Shown here: in pieces, positions 41,377 to 50,696 of the stretch
Numbering within the stretch: position 1 is the stretch's first letter
Layout: every line of letters begins with the position of its first letter
DNA from: an uncultured bacterium
GTDB lineage: Bacteria; Bacteroidota; Rhodothermia; Rhodothermales; UBA10348
DNA length: 64,000 nt
NCBI GenBank assembly: GCA_943788505.1
Contig: CALSQR010000002.1
Coordinates: 569,213-633,212, forward strand
Direction of reading: 5' to 3'
Position numbers and translations under genes: made by a program
The notes under the pieces: model-generated
The model's database searches: none
What the model was told of the DNA's origin: nothing
The model's input: the letters and a program-made list of their open reading frames with translations, nothing else

Positions 41377-42125
41377 CTATGACATCTCCTGACTCTCCAG
41401 TCGTCATCATTCTTGGTGCTACCGGCGGCATTGGCTCCGAAGTCGTGAATCGCCTATCAGCCCGTGGTTGCAACCTTGTCCTGGCGGCACGCAACGAGAC
41501 TAATCTCAGCTTGTTGGCAACTCGCACCGGCGCAATGGCCATACCAACGGATGCAACAGATCCCGATCAAGTCCAAGCACTTGTTCAACAAACGGTACAG
41601 CATTTTGGGCGGATAGACGCAGTCGTTAATTGTGTCGGATCTATCCTGCTTAAGCCAGCCCACTTGACATCAATCGATGAATACAGGGAGACGATGGCTC
41701 TCAACCTGGACTCTGCCTTCTTCGTCGTCAAGCATGTCAGCCGAGCTATGATGAAAACCGGTGGGTCCATTGTCTTGTGCTCATCTGCCGTCGCTCGCAC
41801 GGGCCTGTTTAACCACGAAGCCATTGCAGCCGCCAAGTCTGGGATCGAAGGACTGGTCAGAGCCGCAGCTGCCACTTATGCTCAACGAGGCATCCGCGTA
41901 AACTGCGTTGCTCCTGGCTTAGTAGAAACACCACTAAGTGCGCGCTTGACCGCTAATGAGGCTTCCCGGGCCACTTCCGAAGCTATGCATGCACTCGGGA
42001 AACTAGGTACTCCAGGGGATGTGGCTGAAGCGATCGATTGGTTAGTCGATGGCACCCGAAGTAGCTGGGTTACGGGGCAGGTAATTGGAGTCGACGGCGG
42101 GTTAGGATCTGTTCGCCCTCGCTAA
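41373..42125 (+). CDS. Short-chain dehydrogenase/reductase (SDR)
   Basis: TGGIG cofactor motif, NCVG, a catalytic YxxxK-type region (AAAKSG) and an ATGA overlap with the upstream gene. Confidence 0.8.
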   Translation: MTMTSPDSPVVIILGATGGIGSEVVNRLSARGCNLVLAARNETNLSLLATRTGAMAIPTDATDPDQVQALVQQTVQHFGRIDAVVNCVGSILLKPAHLTSIDEYRETMALNLDSAFFVVKHVSRAMMKTGGSIVLCSSAVARTGLFNHEAIAAAKSGIEGLVRAAAATYAQRGIRVNCVAPGLVETPLSARLTANEASRATSEAMHALGKLGTPGDVAEAIDWLVDGTRSSWVTGQVIGVDGGLGSVRPR

Positions 42126-43082
42126 CGTGGGCGTACCCGTGTCGCGAATTCTGTCTGTTGCGGCTACTAATTCGCGCGTGATGCCCGGCTCATGGGAAGA
42201 ATGACCGGCGTCGGGCACAATGACGAGAGAAGACTCTGGCCACCGCTCATGCAGGTCGAGGGCGCTCGCTACGGGGCAGACGATGTCGTACCGGCCGTGT
42301 ACGATAAACGTTGGAATATGCCGAATCGCGTCGACTCGTTGCAGGAGAAGATCATCTGGATCTAGTCGCACATTCCTGAAATAGTGGGACTCCAAGCGGG
42401 CTGCACACCATGCTTTATCCAAATCGTGGAAAAAGGCCTCGAATTCCGGATTGGACATCAAGGTACAAGAAGCCCCTTCGTACACACTCCAGACCCGGGC
42501 CGCTTCGCGAGCCACATCCTTATCCTCATCGTGGAAGAGATTCCAATAGGCTTCCAGTAAATCTCCCCGTTGATCTTCGGGAATGTGCTCTGCAAACACT
42601 TTCCAACGCTCAGGCTGGATAAGTCGCATACCGTAGAGCCACCACTGAATTTCTTCGTCGCGCAGCAGCCAGATGCCTCGAATCGTGAGTGTTCGTACGG
42701 AAGCGGGTCTTTCCTGCGCATAGTAAAGTGAGAGCGTACTCCCCCATGATCCACCGAACACGTGCCAGGTATCAATCCCCATGTATTCACGGAGGGTTTC
42801 AATATCCTGCACTAGATGGTCGATCGTGTTTTCGCGCACTTCGCCCGGAGGTGTTGATCGTGGAGCACCTCGCTGATCAAATAGAATCACCCGGAAGTGG
42901 GATGGATCAAAAAAGCGCCGATCGGTTTCCGTCGCTCCAGCACCTGGGCCTCCATGGATAAATACGATGGGCTCCCCTTTCGGATTGCCACACTCCTCCC
43001 AATACAGCGTGTGCAGATCATCAACTGGCAACATGCCGCTGCGAATGGGCGTGATCTCTGGGTAGAAGTGTTCGTTGGCCAT
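42102..43082 (-). CDS. pip: Proline iminopeptidase (alpha/beta hydrolase)
   Basis: HGGPGAG, the GGSWGSTL nucleophile elbow and the typical pip length of 326 aa. Confidence 0.8.
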   Translation of the reverse strand: MANEHFYPEITPIRSGMLPVDDLHTLYWEECGNPKGEPIVFIHGGPGAGATETDRRFFDPSHFRVILFDQRGAPRSTPPGEVRENTIDHLVQDIETLREYMGIDTWHVFGGSWGSTLSLYYAQERPASVRTLTIRGIWLLRDEEIQWWLYGMRLIQPERWKVFAEHIPEDQRGDLLEAYWNLFHDEDKDVAREAARVWSVYEGASCTLMSNPEFEAFFHDLDKAWCAARLESHYFRNVRLDPDDLLLQRVDAIRHIPTFIVHGRYDIVCPVASALDLHERWPESSLVIVPDAGHSSHEPGITRELVAATDRIRDTGTPTLARANRS

Positions 43083-43151
43083 GGAATTGGACTGCAGTTT
43101 TGATTCAGAGTAAGTTACTATCCGCTGGTCTGCCTATCTGCATCAAACAGG

Positions 43152-43781
43152 TTGATTTACATGACATCCGAATTCATGCTCTACCTGCGCCTGGGATTTG
43201 AACATATTTCCGACCTGAATGGATATGATCACATCCTTTTCGTGATCGCACTGGCTGCCGTCTACCCGTTGAAGGAGTGGCGGCATCTTCTAATTCTCGT
43301 GACCGCATTCACGATTGGCCACTCCATCACACTTGCCATGGCCACGCTTGGCTGGCTCGCAGTGGATTCCGATCTGATTGAAATGCTGATCCCTGTCACC
43401 ATTTTCATCACGGCCGTCATCAACATAGCAGAACGGTTTGCCAGTGACGCAGAAAAGGCGTTGCAACGAGATTGGCGTATGAAATATGCGCTGGCGCTGG
43501 GATTCGGCCTGATCCACGGCTTGGGCTTTTCCAACTACCTTCGCGCGTTACTCGGGACAGGCGAAAACCTTGTCTTACCATTGTTTTCATTCAATGTTGG
43601 ATTAGAAATTGGCCAACTTGTCATACTTGTCATTACATTTGTAATATCGGCCGGAGTGATCTGGATTTTAGACTGGGTTCTGAACCGGTTCAATCGGCCC
43701 GTTGCGAATACCCAGCGTAACTGGGCAGCGGGGCTTTCTGTTGTGATTGCCATCCTTGCCCTGACCATGATATGGTCCTAG
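43152..43781 (+). CDS. HupE/UreJ-family membrane protein
   Basis: 209 aa, about 6 TM, with a His-containing N-terminal motif (GFEHI..DHILF). Confidence 0.55.
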   Translation: MIYMTSEFMLYLRLGFEHISDLNGYDHILFVIALAAVYPLKEWRHLLILVTAFTIGHSITLAMATLGWLAVDSDLIEMLIPVTIFITAVINIAERFASDAEKALQRDWRMKYALALGFGLIHGLGFSNYLRALLGTGENLVLPLFSFNVGLEIGQLVILVITFVISAGVIWILDWVLNRFNRPVANTQRNWAAGLSVVIAILALTMIWS

Positions 43782-43847
43782 CCAGGTCCTTCTTAGGATC
43801 CGTAAGACCTACTGAGAGGCTGCACTGCAACCGTTAACCATACGCAC

Positions 43848-45986
43848 GTGCCAGCTATGAAAGCTTATCTGTTTACGACTTTCACCCTCCTATTGGTCGT
43901 CCTTTTCGCCCTCCCAACTGCCTCCGCTCAGAATTGGCGGAATATCGAAGGGGACATAGCGTCAGGCAACCATTCGATATTCAGGCCGCTTGCTGATTGG
44001 CCAGATGCAAACGATTACCGCTCCGCTTCCGGTGCTCCAGGAGCTCGCTACTGGCAACAACGCGCCGACTATGTGATCGAGGCTGAGATCGACACTGTAA
44101 ACCATGTAATGACAGGTAGCGAACGGATTACGTATCACAATAACTCTCCGGACGAACTTGGATTCCTGTGGGTTCAGCTCGACCAGAACGTGCGCTCACT
44201 CGAGCATAGTCGTTCCTATCAGATGCAGGGTGCCTTGCCGGAAAACATCAGTCCAGGATTCAGACGCTTCGTCGGCGTTGGACAATTTGATGGCGGGTAC
44301 GAGATAACCCGAGTCCAGTTGGTAGATGATGCTGGTCGCCTCGTCGACACATCCTTCCGAATCCGCGACACCATTATGCGTGTCAATCTTGCCGAACCAC
44401 TAGCTGCTGGATCAAGCATGTCCTTTGATATCGATTGGTCCTATCGCATTCCGGACAGCGGACGTGGAGGAAAGGAAATGGTGCGCGATGGTTGGCTCTA
44501 TGAAATGGCTCAGTGGTTTCCCCGCATGTCTGTTTATGACGATGTGAATGGCTGGCAAACGGAGCAATTCATCGGGCGAGGAGAATTCTACCTCAACTTC
44601 GGCGATTATGACGTTAAGTTAACCGTTCCTTGGAATCACATCGTTGATGCAACGGGCGAATTACAGAACCCGGAAGATGTACTTACCGAAGACCAAATGC
44701 AGCGTCTGGAAGCTGCGTACCAGAGCGAAGAACCTGTATATATCGTTGGGCCAGATGAGGTTATGACACCAGAGTCTCGTCCAGTTCAGCGCGGTATGTT
44801 GACTTGGCATTACGTAGCCAAAGATGTACGCGACTTCGCATGGGCCTCATCCAAAACCGATATATGGGATGCTGCCGGATACGACTACAAAGATGGCGGC
44901 CCCATTGTGAAAGCCCACTCCTTGTATCCAAAAGACGCGTCTCCACTGTGGGACAAGGTCTCTACACGTGCAACGATCGTGACACTCGAGTCTTATGGCG
45001 ACATGTCGCTTCGCTATCCGTATCCCAAGGCCGTTAACGTGAACGGACCCGTAGGAGGTATGGAATACCCGATGATTGCTTTCTGTGGTGCCCGTCCGGG
45101 ACCCGATGGAACGTATTCGGACGGAGTAGAGCGCGCCCTGATTGGCGTTACGATTCACGAAGTTGGTCATAACTGGGTGCCAATGATCATCGCGTCGGAT
45201 GAACGCAAGTGGACCTGGATGGATGAAGGGCTAAACACCTTCTTGCAGTACTACGCAGAGCAGATATATGCCATGAAGTTTAATGGCACGGATGTTTGGA
45301 CGCAGACCACGGATGGTACCTACCCATCACGCCGTGGCCCCGCACCACTGATTGTACCGTACATGAAGGACCCCAACCAGGTGCCCATCATGACCGAGTC
45401 CGATCTGATCCAGAATAACTTTGGCAACAACGGCTATGCCAAGCCAGCAGCTGGCCTGTACATGCTTCGCGAGCATATTCTGGGCGCGGATGTTTTTGAT
45501 GACGCCTTCCGCGAGTACTCACGCCGGTGGGCCTTCCGCCATCCACAGCCTGCCGACTTCTTCCGCTCCATGGAGGAAGCAGCCGGAGAGAACTTGAATT
45601 GGTTCTGGAGAAGCTGGTTCTACACGACGTATGCAAACGACCAGGCATTAGCCGCCGTCACGGAACAGTCCGCTGATTCTCTACTCGGCTCGACCGAAAA
45701 CGGGGAGTGGTACTACCGTGTCAAAGTGGACAACGAAGGCCAGCAAATCATGCCGATTCATTTGCGTGTGACGTACGAAGATGGATCGGATGATATGATC
45801 CAGCTTCCGGCTGATGTTTGGCGTAGCAATGAACTCACCTTTACTAAAGGATTCTTCTCCGACAAGAAAGTCATGAAAGTGGAGCTCGATCCGCTCGGTG
45901 CCTTCGCTGATATCGATCCGAGCGACAACGAATGGAACGCACCCGAGGTCGAGACGGAACAGGAAGAAACCGGAGGTGGTTTCTGA
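43848..45986 (+). CDS. Secreted M1-family zinc metallopeptidase
   Basis: Signal peptide, a GAMEN-like GGMEYPM and HEVGHNW-x17-E (HExxH+E) zinc-binding arrangement. Confidence 0.7.
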   Translation: MPAMKAYLFTTFTLLLVVLFALPTASAQNWRNIEGDIASGNHSIFRPLADWPDANDYRSASGAPGARYWQQRADYVIEAEIDTVNHVMTGSERITYHNNSPDELGFLWVQLDQNVRSLEHSRSYQMQGALPENISPGFRRFVGVGQFDGGYEITRVQLVDDAGRLVDTSFRIRDTIMRVNLAEPLAAGSSMSFDIDWSYRIPDSGRGGKEMVRDGWLYEMAQWFPRMSVYDDVNGWQTEQFIGRGEFYLNFGDYDVKLTVPWNHIVDATGELQNPEDVLTEDQMQRLEAAYQSEEPVYIVGPDEVMTPESRPVQRGMLTWHYVAKDVRDFAWASSKTDIWDAAGYDYKDGGPIVKAHSLYPKDASPLWDKVSTRATIVTLESYGDMSLRYPYPKAVNVNGPVGGMEYPMIAFCGARPGPDGTYSDGVERALIGVTIHEVGHNWVPMIIASDERKWTWMDEGLNTFLQYYAEQIYAMKFNGTDVWTQTTDGTYPSRRGPAPLIVPYMKDPNQVPIMTESDLIQNNFGNNGYAKPAAGLYMLREHILGADVFDDAFREYSRRWAFRHPQPADFFRSMEEAAGENLNWFWRSWFYTTYANDQALAAVTEQSADSLLGSTENGEWYYRVKVDNEGQQIMPIHLRVTYEDGSDDMIQLPADVWRSNELTFTKGFFSDKKVMKVELDPLGAFADIDPSDNEWNAPEVETEQEETGGGF

Positions 45987-46006
45987 TCTGACATCCTATT
46001 GCGGAT

Positions 46007-46048
46007 AATAGGTGCGGCGGCCTGCGGCCGCCGCACCTATTCCGTTTA
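46007..46048 (+). terminator. Rho-independent terminator (16-bp perfect stem)
   Basis: aataggtgcggcggcc tgc ggccgccgcacctatt followed by ccgttt. Confidence 0.55.
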
Positions 46049-46052
46049 TACC

Positions 46053-46595
46053 ATGCTTCAACTGCTGACATCCATATTCCTCGCCCTTCTCCTCATCGTT
46101 AACGGCGACACCTCACCTGCTGCATTAAGCGATGATGAGGCCCCTCGTCACGATTTCCACGTTACGTATAGTCGGATGGCCGTCGAAAACGACATGGCCG
46201 TAGTCCGAATTCGCTTATTCAAGGACGACCTTTCTGAAGCGCTCAGCAAACGGCTGGATCGAGACGTTATCGTAGATATTTCCCCTGAAAGCGACTCGTT
46301 ATTTCAGGTGTACTTCAATGAAAGCGTTTCACTGGTCGTTGGCGAGGAAACCTTGGCGGGCAACCTGGTCGGCAGCGGGGAAGAGTACGTTGGAAAAGAG
46401 CCAATGTGGTGGTATCTACTCGAATTCAAGGCCGATGGCCCCATTGAAGGATTCACTATCTCCCAGAAAATCCTCTCTGAGATGTTTCCCGAGCAAAAAA
46501 ACATTGTCCAGGTTCAACATTTCCCCAGCGAGAAGACGTACTCCTTGTATTGTGTTGAGGACTCATGGGAATACGAAGTCTCTTTTACGGACTGA
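46053..46595 (+). CDS. Hypothetical secreted protein
   Basis: Start moved to MLQLLTSIFLALLLIVNG, a signal peptide, because the track start overlaps the terminator. Confidence 0.3.
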   Translation: MLQLLTSIFLALLLIVNGDTSPAALSDDEAPRHDFHVTYSRMAVENDMAVVRIRLFKDDLSEALSKRLDRDVIVDISPESDSLFQVYFNESVSLVVGEETLAGNLVGSGEEYVGKEPMWWYLLEFKADGPIEGFTISQKILSEMFPEQKNIVQVQHFPSEKTYSLYCVEDSWEYEVSFTD

Positions 46596-46709
46596 CCGTA
46601 ACTGCGATGCGAACCACGTCACTTAAGGTTTCACAAGCAACTTGATTGCTCAACCGCTGTTGACACCATACGGAACATCGGTTTCTTCCGGATCCATTCC
46701 CCCCTGACC

Positions 46710-47810
46710 GTGCCTGTTTACCTTCATGCTGCCCGGACCATCGTCCCGGAAACCTCCTATACCCAGGATGAGGCAGGCGAAGTCATGCTACGCTCGCTGG
46801 ATCCTGAAAGCCGTGCTGGACGGCTTGTCCGGCGCATCTACCGGCATTCTGGCATCGAGAAACGGCACAGCGTCATTCGCGACTTGAAAGAGCCGGCCGA
46901 TGGCAACTTGTTCTTTTCGAAGGAGGGCAAGTTCTTATCCCCCTCTACCGGCACTCGGAATGACGTCTACGCCCGGGAGTCACGTCCGCTCTTTGTAGCA
47001 GCTGCGAAGGCTGCCATCGACGCGAGCCCCGAGCATGAGGCCTATGACGTTACGCATGTCATTACGGTGTCCTGCACCGGATTCAATGCGCCCGGACCCG
47101 ACTATTTTATTGTTCGAGACCTGGGTTTGAAGCCGGAAGTCCGCCGCTTTCACATCGGCTTTATGGGTTGCTATGCCGCGTTCCCAGCGCTCCGCATGGC
47201 CCAGGCCTTCTGTGAAGCAGACCCGAATGCGGTTGTGTTGATCGTCTGTTTGGAGCTCTGCTCCTTGCATTTGGAACCGTCCGAAGAAATCGACGACATC
47301 CTGGCCTTTTCTGTGTTCGCAGATGGTGCTGCCGGTGTCATTGTAAGCGCCCGAGAACCCGGTTCGAAGGGCGCGCTGCGCATTGACGCTCTAGAATCAA
47401 CTATCGCACCGGACAGCGAAAGTGACATGGCCTGGACGATTGGAGATAAAGGATTCAAAATGGTCCTCTCCACGTATGTGCCGAAGGTCCTGGAATCCAA
47501 CGTGAAAGACGTCGTGGATAGCGTCCTCACGCCATCGGGACATACGATGGAAGACATCGACCAATGGGCGATCCACCCCGGCGGTCGCGCCATTCTTGAC
47601 CATGTGGCTAGTGGTCTTGACCTAGCTGCCGATGCACTCGATACCTCACGCGCCGTTCTACGCGATTATGGCAATATGAGCAGCGCAACCGTCCTGTTCG
47701 TACTCTCTGCCATGCTGGATGACGAAGCCGTCAAGGAAGATGACCATATTTTGGCGATGGCGTTCGGACCCGGCCTCACCGTTGAAACAGGTCTTTTTAC
47801 ACGCGTCTGA
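46710..47810 (+). CDS. Type III polyketide synthase (chalcone/stilbene synthase family)
   Basis: Active-site Cys context (VSCTGFNAPGPD), the GFMGCYAAFPALRMA segment and His/Asn regions (IHPGGRAILD, FGPGLT). Confidence 0.85.
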   Translation: MPVYLHAARTIVPETSYTQDEAGEVMLRSLDPESRAGRLVRRIYRHSGIEKRHSVIRDLKEPADGNLFFSKEGKFLSPSTGTRNDVYARESRPLFVAAAKAAIDASPEHEAYDVTHVITVSCTGFNAPGPDYFIVRDLGLKPEVRRFHIGFMGCYAAFPALRMAQAFCEADPNAVVLIVCLELCSLHLEPSEEIDDILAFSVFADGAAGVIVSAREPGSKGALRIDALESTIAPDSESDMAWTIGDKGFKMVLSTYVPKVLESNVKDVVDSVLTPSGHTMEDIDQWAIHPGGRAILDHVASGLDLAADALDTSRAVLRDYGNMSSATVLFVLSAMLDDEAVKEDDHILAMAFGPGLTVETGLFTRV

Positions 47811-48506
47811 ATGCCCACTCTGTTCTTGTCATCCCGCCGCGAGGATCTCGTCGAGCTCATGGACGATCCGGAGTGCGACAGGGAGTTGCTGGAAAACACC
47901 TACCGGTGGTTCGAAAAACTGAACCCTCTTCTGGCCAGGTGGCGAAGCGTCTACTGCCATAGAATTCGCCCCTTGCTCGACCCAACCACGTCGACCCGCA
48001 TTCTTGATGTTGGTTGCGGTGGTGGCGACTTGGCCAGGCAGTTGGCTCGATGGGCAGCACAAGATGGCCTGAAGGCTGACATCACAGGCATCGACCCCGA
48101 CCCCAGAGCGATACACTTCGCCCAGTCTCGACCGAATCCAGACGATGTCCACTTCTTGGAACTCCATTCAGCGGATCTGGCGCGCCGAAATGCGACGTTC
48201 GATATTATCCTGTCCAACCACGTCCTGCATCATATCAAAGATGAGCATTTGGTCGGGCTGATGAAGGATTGCGAAGCCTTGAACGCCCGGCTCGTGATCC
48301 ACAATGACATCAATCGAGATGACCTTGCATGGCTGCTGTTCTGGCCAGTTGGCCTCGTTTGTAGGAAGTCCTTCATCTTGTCCGATGGTTTGCGCTCCAT
48401 CCGCCGTTCCCGGACCGCCCACGAACTCGACCGGATCGCACAAACCGGCTGGTCAGTCGAGCGTCTTTTCCCGTTCCGCTGTCTCCTCATCTTTGAATCG
48501 GAATGA
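47811..48506 (+). CDS. SAM-dependent methyltransferase
   Basis: Motif I ILDVGCGGGDLARQL. The gene directly abuts the PKS stop codon. Confidence 0.7.
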   Translation: MPTLFLSSRREDLVELMDDPECDRELLENTYRWFEKLNPLLARWRSVYCHRIRPLLDPTTSTRILDVGCGGGDLARQLARWAAQDGLKADITGIDPDPRAIHFAQSRPNPDDVHFLELHSADLARRNATFDIILSNHVLHHIKDEHLVGLMKDCEALNARLVIHNDINRDDLAWLLFWPVGLVCRKSFILSDGLRSIRRSRTAHELDRIAQTGWSVERLFPFRCLLIFESE

Positions 48507-49648
48507 CCAGTAACGTGATCATTGTGGGTGGTGGGCCAATCGGGCTATATCTGGGGTGTCTTCTCCGCAATAAGGGACTCGAATGTCTGATTCTCGAAAA
48601 GCGGGTCGAGCGCAGCACCCACTCTCGCTCCATCGGCATCCACCCACCCGCGCTTCGCCAGTTGGCACAAGTCGGCATTGCAGATGATCTCGTCAAAAGA
48701 GGCATCAGGGTTAAGGAGGGTGATGGCTATCTCGGCTCCAAGCCCCTGGGAAGCTTGCCCTTCTCATTGTTGCCGCCTCCTTACTCATTTGTGCTGACCC
48801 TTCCACAACACGAAACGGAATCGCTCCTGGAAGCCCGCTACATTGAGCTTGGCGGTCGATTGGAGAAAGGAGTCAGTGTGACAGGACTGGAACAGGACGC
48901 GGGCTCGGTCGATGTCATCGCAACGAGATCTTCAGGCGAAGAGAGGCTAACCTGCGATTGGCTCATCGGCTGTGATGGCCGAAACAGCACGGTCCGGGGC
49001 CTCCTTTCCATTCCGATGCTCGGATCGTCCTACAACGACCATTACATGATGGGAGACTTTGAGGAGGCTCGAGAGCAGTCCGCTCGCGCAGCAATCCATC
49101 TGGGTTCGAAAGGGGTCGTAGAGTCGTTCCCCTTGGGCCATGGGCTCCGACGATGGGTCGCACGGGTCGAGCAGCCCCACAAGAGCGCTACCCATGCAGA
49201 TCTCGTGGGCTTGCTCACTAGGCACGTTCAAGAACGGACTGGTGTGACTCTGGCTCATGACGCCTGTATCATGACAAGTGCCTTCACAGCCGAACGATTC
49301 GAAGCCAAGGAATTCGCTTCCGGCCGCGTTATCCTAGCAGGCGATGCCGCGCACATCATCAGCCCCATTGGCGGACAGGGCATGAATCTCGGATGGCTGG
49401 ATGCCCAACTACTTGCTGAACTGCTTCACTCGAAGGACGGAGTTGCACTCAAACCCGAAGCAATTCAAGCAGCCTACGAGCCCGTTCGACGCCGATCTTT
49501 CCGCCGGGCTGCCCGCCGAGCAGAACTGAATATGTGGATGGGGCGGTCAGGATGGCTCTACCCCGCGCGTGCGCTCATGGCGCGACTGATACTGAGCCGA
49601 CCATTGCGCGGCTATTTCGTTCGGCTATTCACTATGCAGGACCTTTGA
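48503..49648 (+). CDS. FAD-dependent monooxygenase (UbiH/aromatic-ring hydroxylase family)
   Basis: Rossmann motif VIIVGGGPIGLYLGCLL, a DG motif (CDGRNSTVR) and the GD motif (AGDAAHIISPIGGQGMNLG). The start overlaps the methyltransferase stop in an ATGA arrangement. Confidence 0.8.
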   Translation: MTSNVIIVGGGPIGLYLGCLLRNKGLECLILEKRVERSTHSRSIGIHPPALRQLAQVGIADDLVKRGIRVKEGDGYLGSKPLGSLPFSLLPPPYSFVLTLPQHETESLLEARYIELGGRLEKGVSVTGLEQDAGSVDVIATRSSGEERLTCDWLIGCDGRNSTVRGLLSIPMLGSSYNDHYMMGDFEEAREQSARAAIHLGSKGVVESFPLGHGLRRWVARVEQPHKSATHADLVGLLTRHVQERTGVTLAHDACIMTSAFTAERFEAKEFASGRVILAGDAAHIISPIGGQGMNLGWLDAQLLAELLHSKDGVALKPEAIQAAYEPVRRRSFRRAARRAELNMWMGRSGWLYPARALMARLILSRPLRGYFVRLFTMQDL

Positions 49649-49780
49649 AAACCGTTATTCGACTAGGAAAAAGGGCCCCTTAGGTCAATTGTGATTTTTC
49701 TGCATTCGGGCGAACGCTATTGCACTCGATGTCGCCCGGAAGCACCTTTGCGCTTGTGACCAAACCATAAAATCACCACG

Positions 49781-50308
49781 TTGAACACACCCTCGGACCG
49801 ACAAAGCAGCCTCATTCGAGCTACCCGACCGGACGACCTCCAAGAGCTCCTTTCAATTGAATCAAGCTCATTCAGTGGCGACAGAATTTCGTCCCGCTCC
49901 TTTGTGCGATTTCTGCGGCAGCCCTCCTCAAGGATTCTAGTCGCTGAAATGTCAGACCACAGCATCACTGGATATGCCCTGGTCCTGCTTCGTCGTAATT
50001 CCCGTAAAGCACGGCTTTATTCAATTGCTGTTGACCCCGTTCATCGTGGCTCTGGAGTTGGTACGCAGCTTTTAGGAGCCATTGAGTCCACCGTACGCGA
50101 AATGCACTGCCTCGAACTATCGTTAGAAGTTCGGACGGACAATACTGCTGCCATCGACATATATCAGCGGCACGGGTTTGTGGTCAGCTCTACGAAGCCG
50201 AATTACTACGAGGATGGAGCCGGAGCACTCGTTCTGCAAAAGTCGTTTTCTACGTTCGTTCCAGGACACCATCATGATAGGTCCCTCCCGGCGTGCGGTT
50301 GTCGTTGA
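49781..50308 (+). CDS. GNAT-family N-acetyltransferase (RimI-like)
   Basis: Motif A: IAVDPVHRGSGVGTQLL. Confidence 0.65.
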   Translation: MNTPSDRQSSLIRATRPDDLQELLSIESSSFSGDRISSRSFVRFLRQPSSRILVAEMSDHSITGYALVLLRRNSRKARLYSIAVDPVHRGSGVGTQLLGAIESTVREMHCLELSLEVRTDNTAAIDIYQRHGFVVSSTKPNYYEDGAGALVLQKSFSTFVPGHHHDRSLPACGCR

Positions 50309-50550
50309 CAACAACCTTGGGGACTCCGGAATCAGTTCCTGTAGGGATCAAACCCGGGTGAAAGGTCTGTGCCATTCCAGGCCGGGAGGTCAGGCCATTA
50401 GTCAACAGAAAGACACTGAAGCAAAGCGATAGGAGGAAGCGGCTCATGGTGATTAGAAGGTATTGGTCCAAGCGGGGTGGGATTACTCTCGCCGGGTAAA
50501 TTGGATGATTCCTACATCAACTACAACCCACAGACCCCAACGACGGAGTT

Positions 50551-50576
50551 GGTTGCATGAACCGGTTGCATGAACC
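50551..50576. repeat. Tandem 13-bp direct repeat (x2)
   Basis: ggttgcatgaacc ggttgcatgaacc. Confidence 0.4.
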
Positions 50577-50593
50577 ACCCGTCCTTCGTTCTA

Positions 50594-50629
50594 CAAAAAA
50601 ACGCTCTTCCCGATATCGAAAAGAGCGTT
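50594..50629 (-). terminator. Rho-independent terminator on minus strand, immediately 3' of the tRNA fragment
   Basis: Stem aacgctctt / aagagcgtt with an A7 run on the plus strand, which is a U7 tail on minus-strand RNA. Confidence 0.55.
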
Positions 50630-50651
50630 CGTGACCGCTAGATGGTCAATG

Positions 50652-50696
50652 TGGAGCCAATGAGCGGACTCGAACCGCTGACCTGCTCATTACGAA
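50652..50696 (-). other. tRNA 3'-half fragment (anticodon loop to CCA; anticodon-loop sequence UUCGUAA suggests tRNA-Thr(CGU)), attR-like
   Basis: Minus-strand sequence ttcgtaa-TGAGC-AGGTC-AGCGG-TTCGAGT-CCGCT-CATTGGC-T-CCA. The T-arm, 3' acceptor strand and CCA are perfect, but there is no D-arm or 5' acceptor strand upstream. Confidence 0.6.

Noticed and set aside
45999-46052. Start codon at 45999 for the hypothetical protein
   Set aside because: It would place the start inside the 16-bp terminator hairpin. The downstream Met gives a clean signal peptide.
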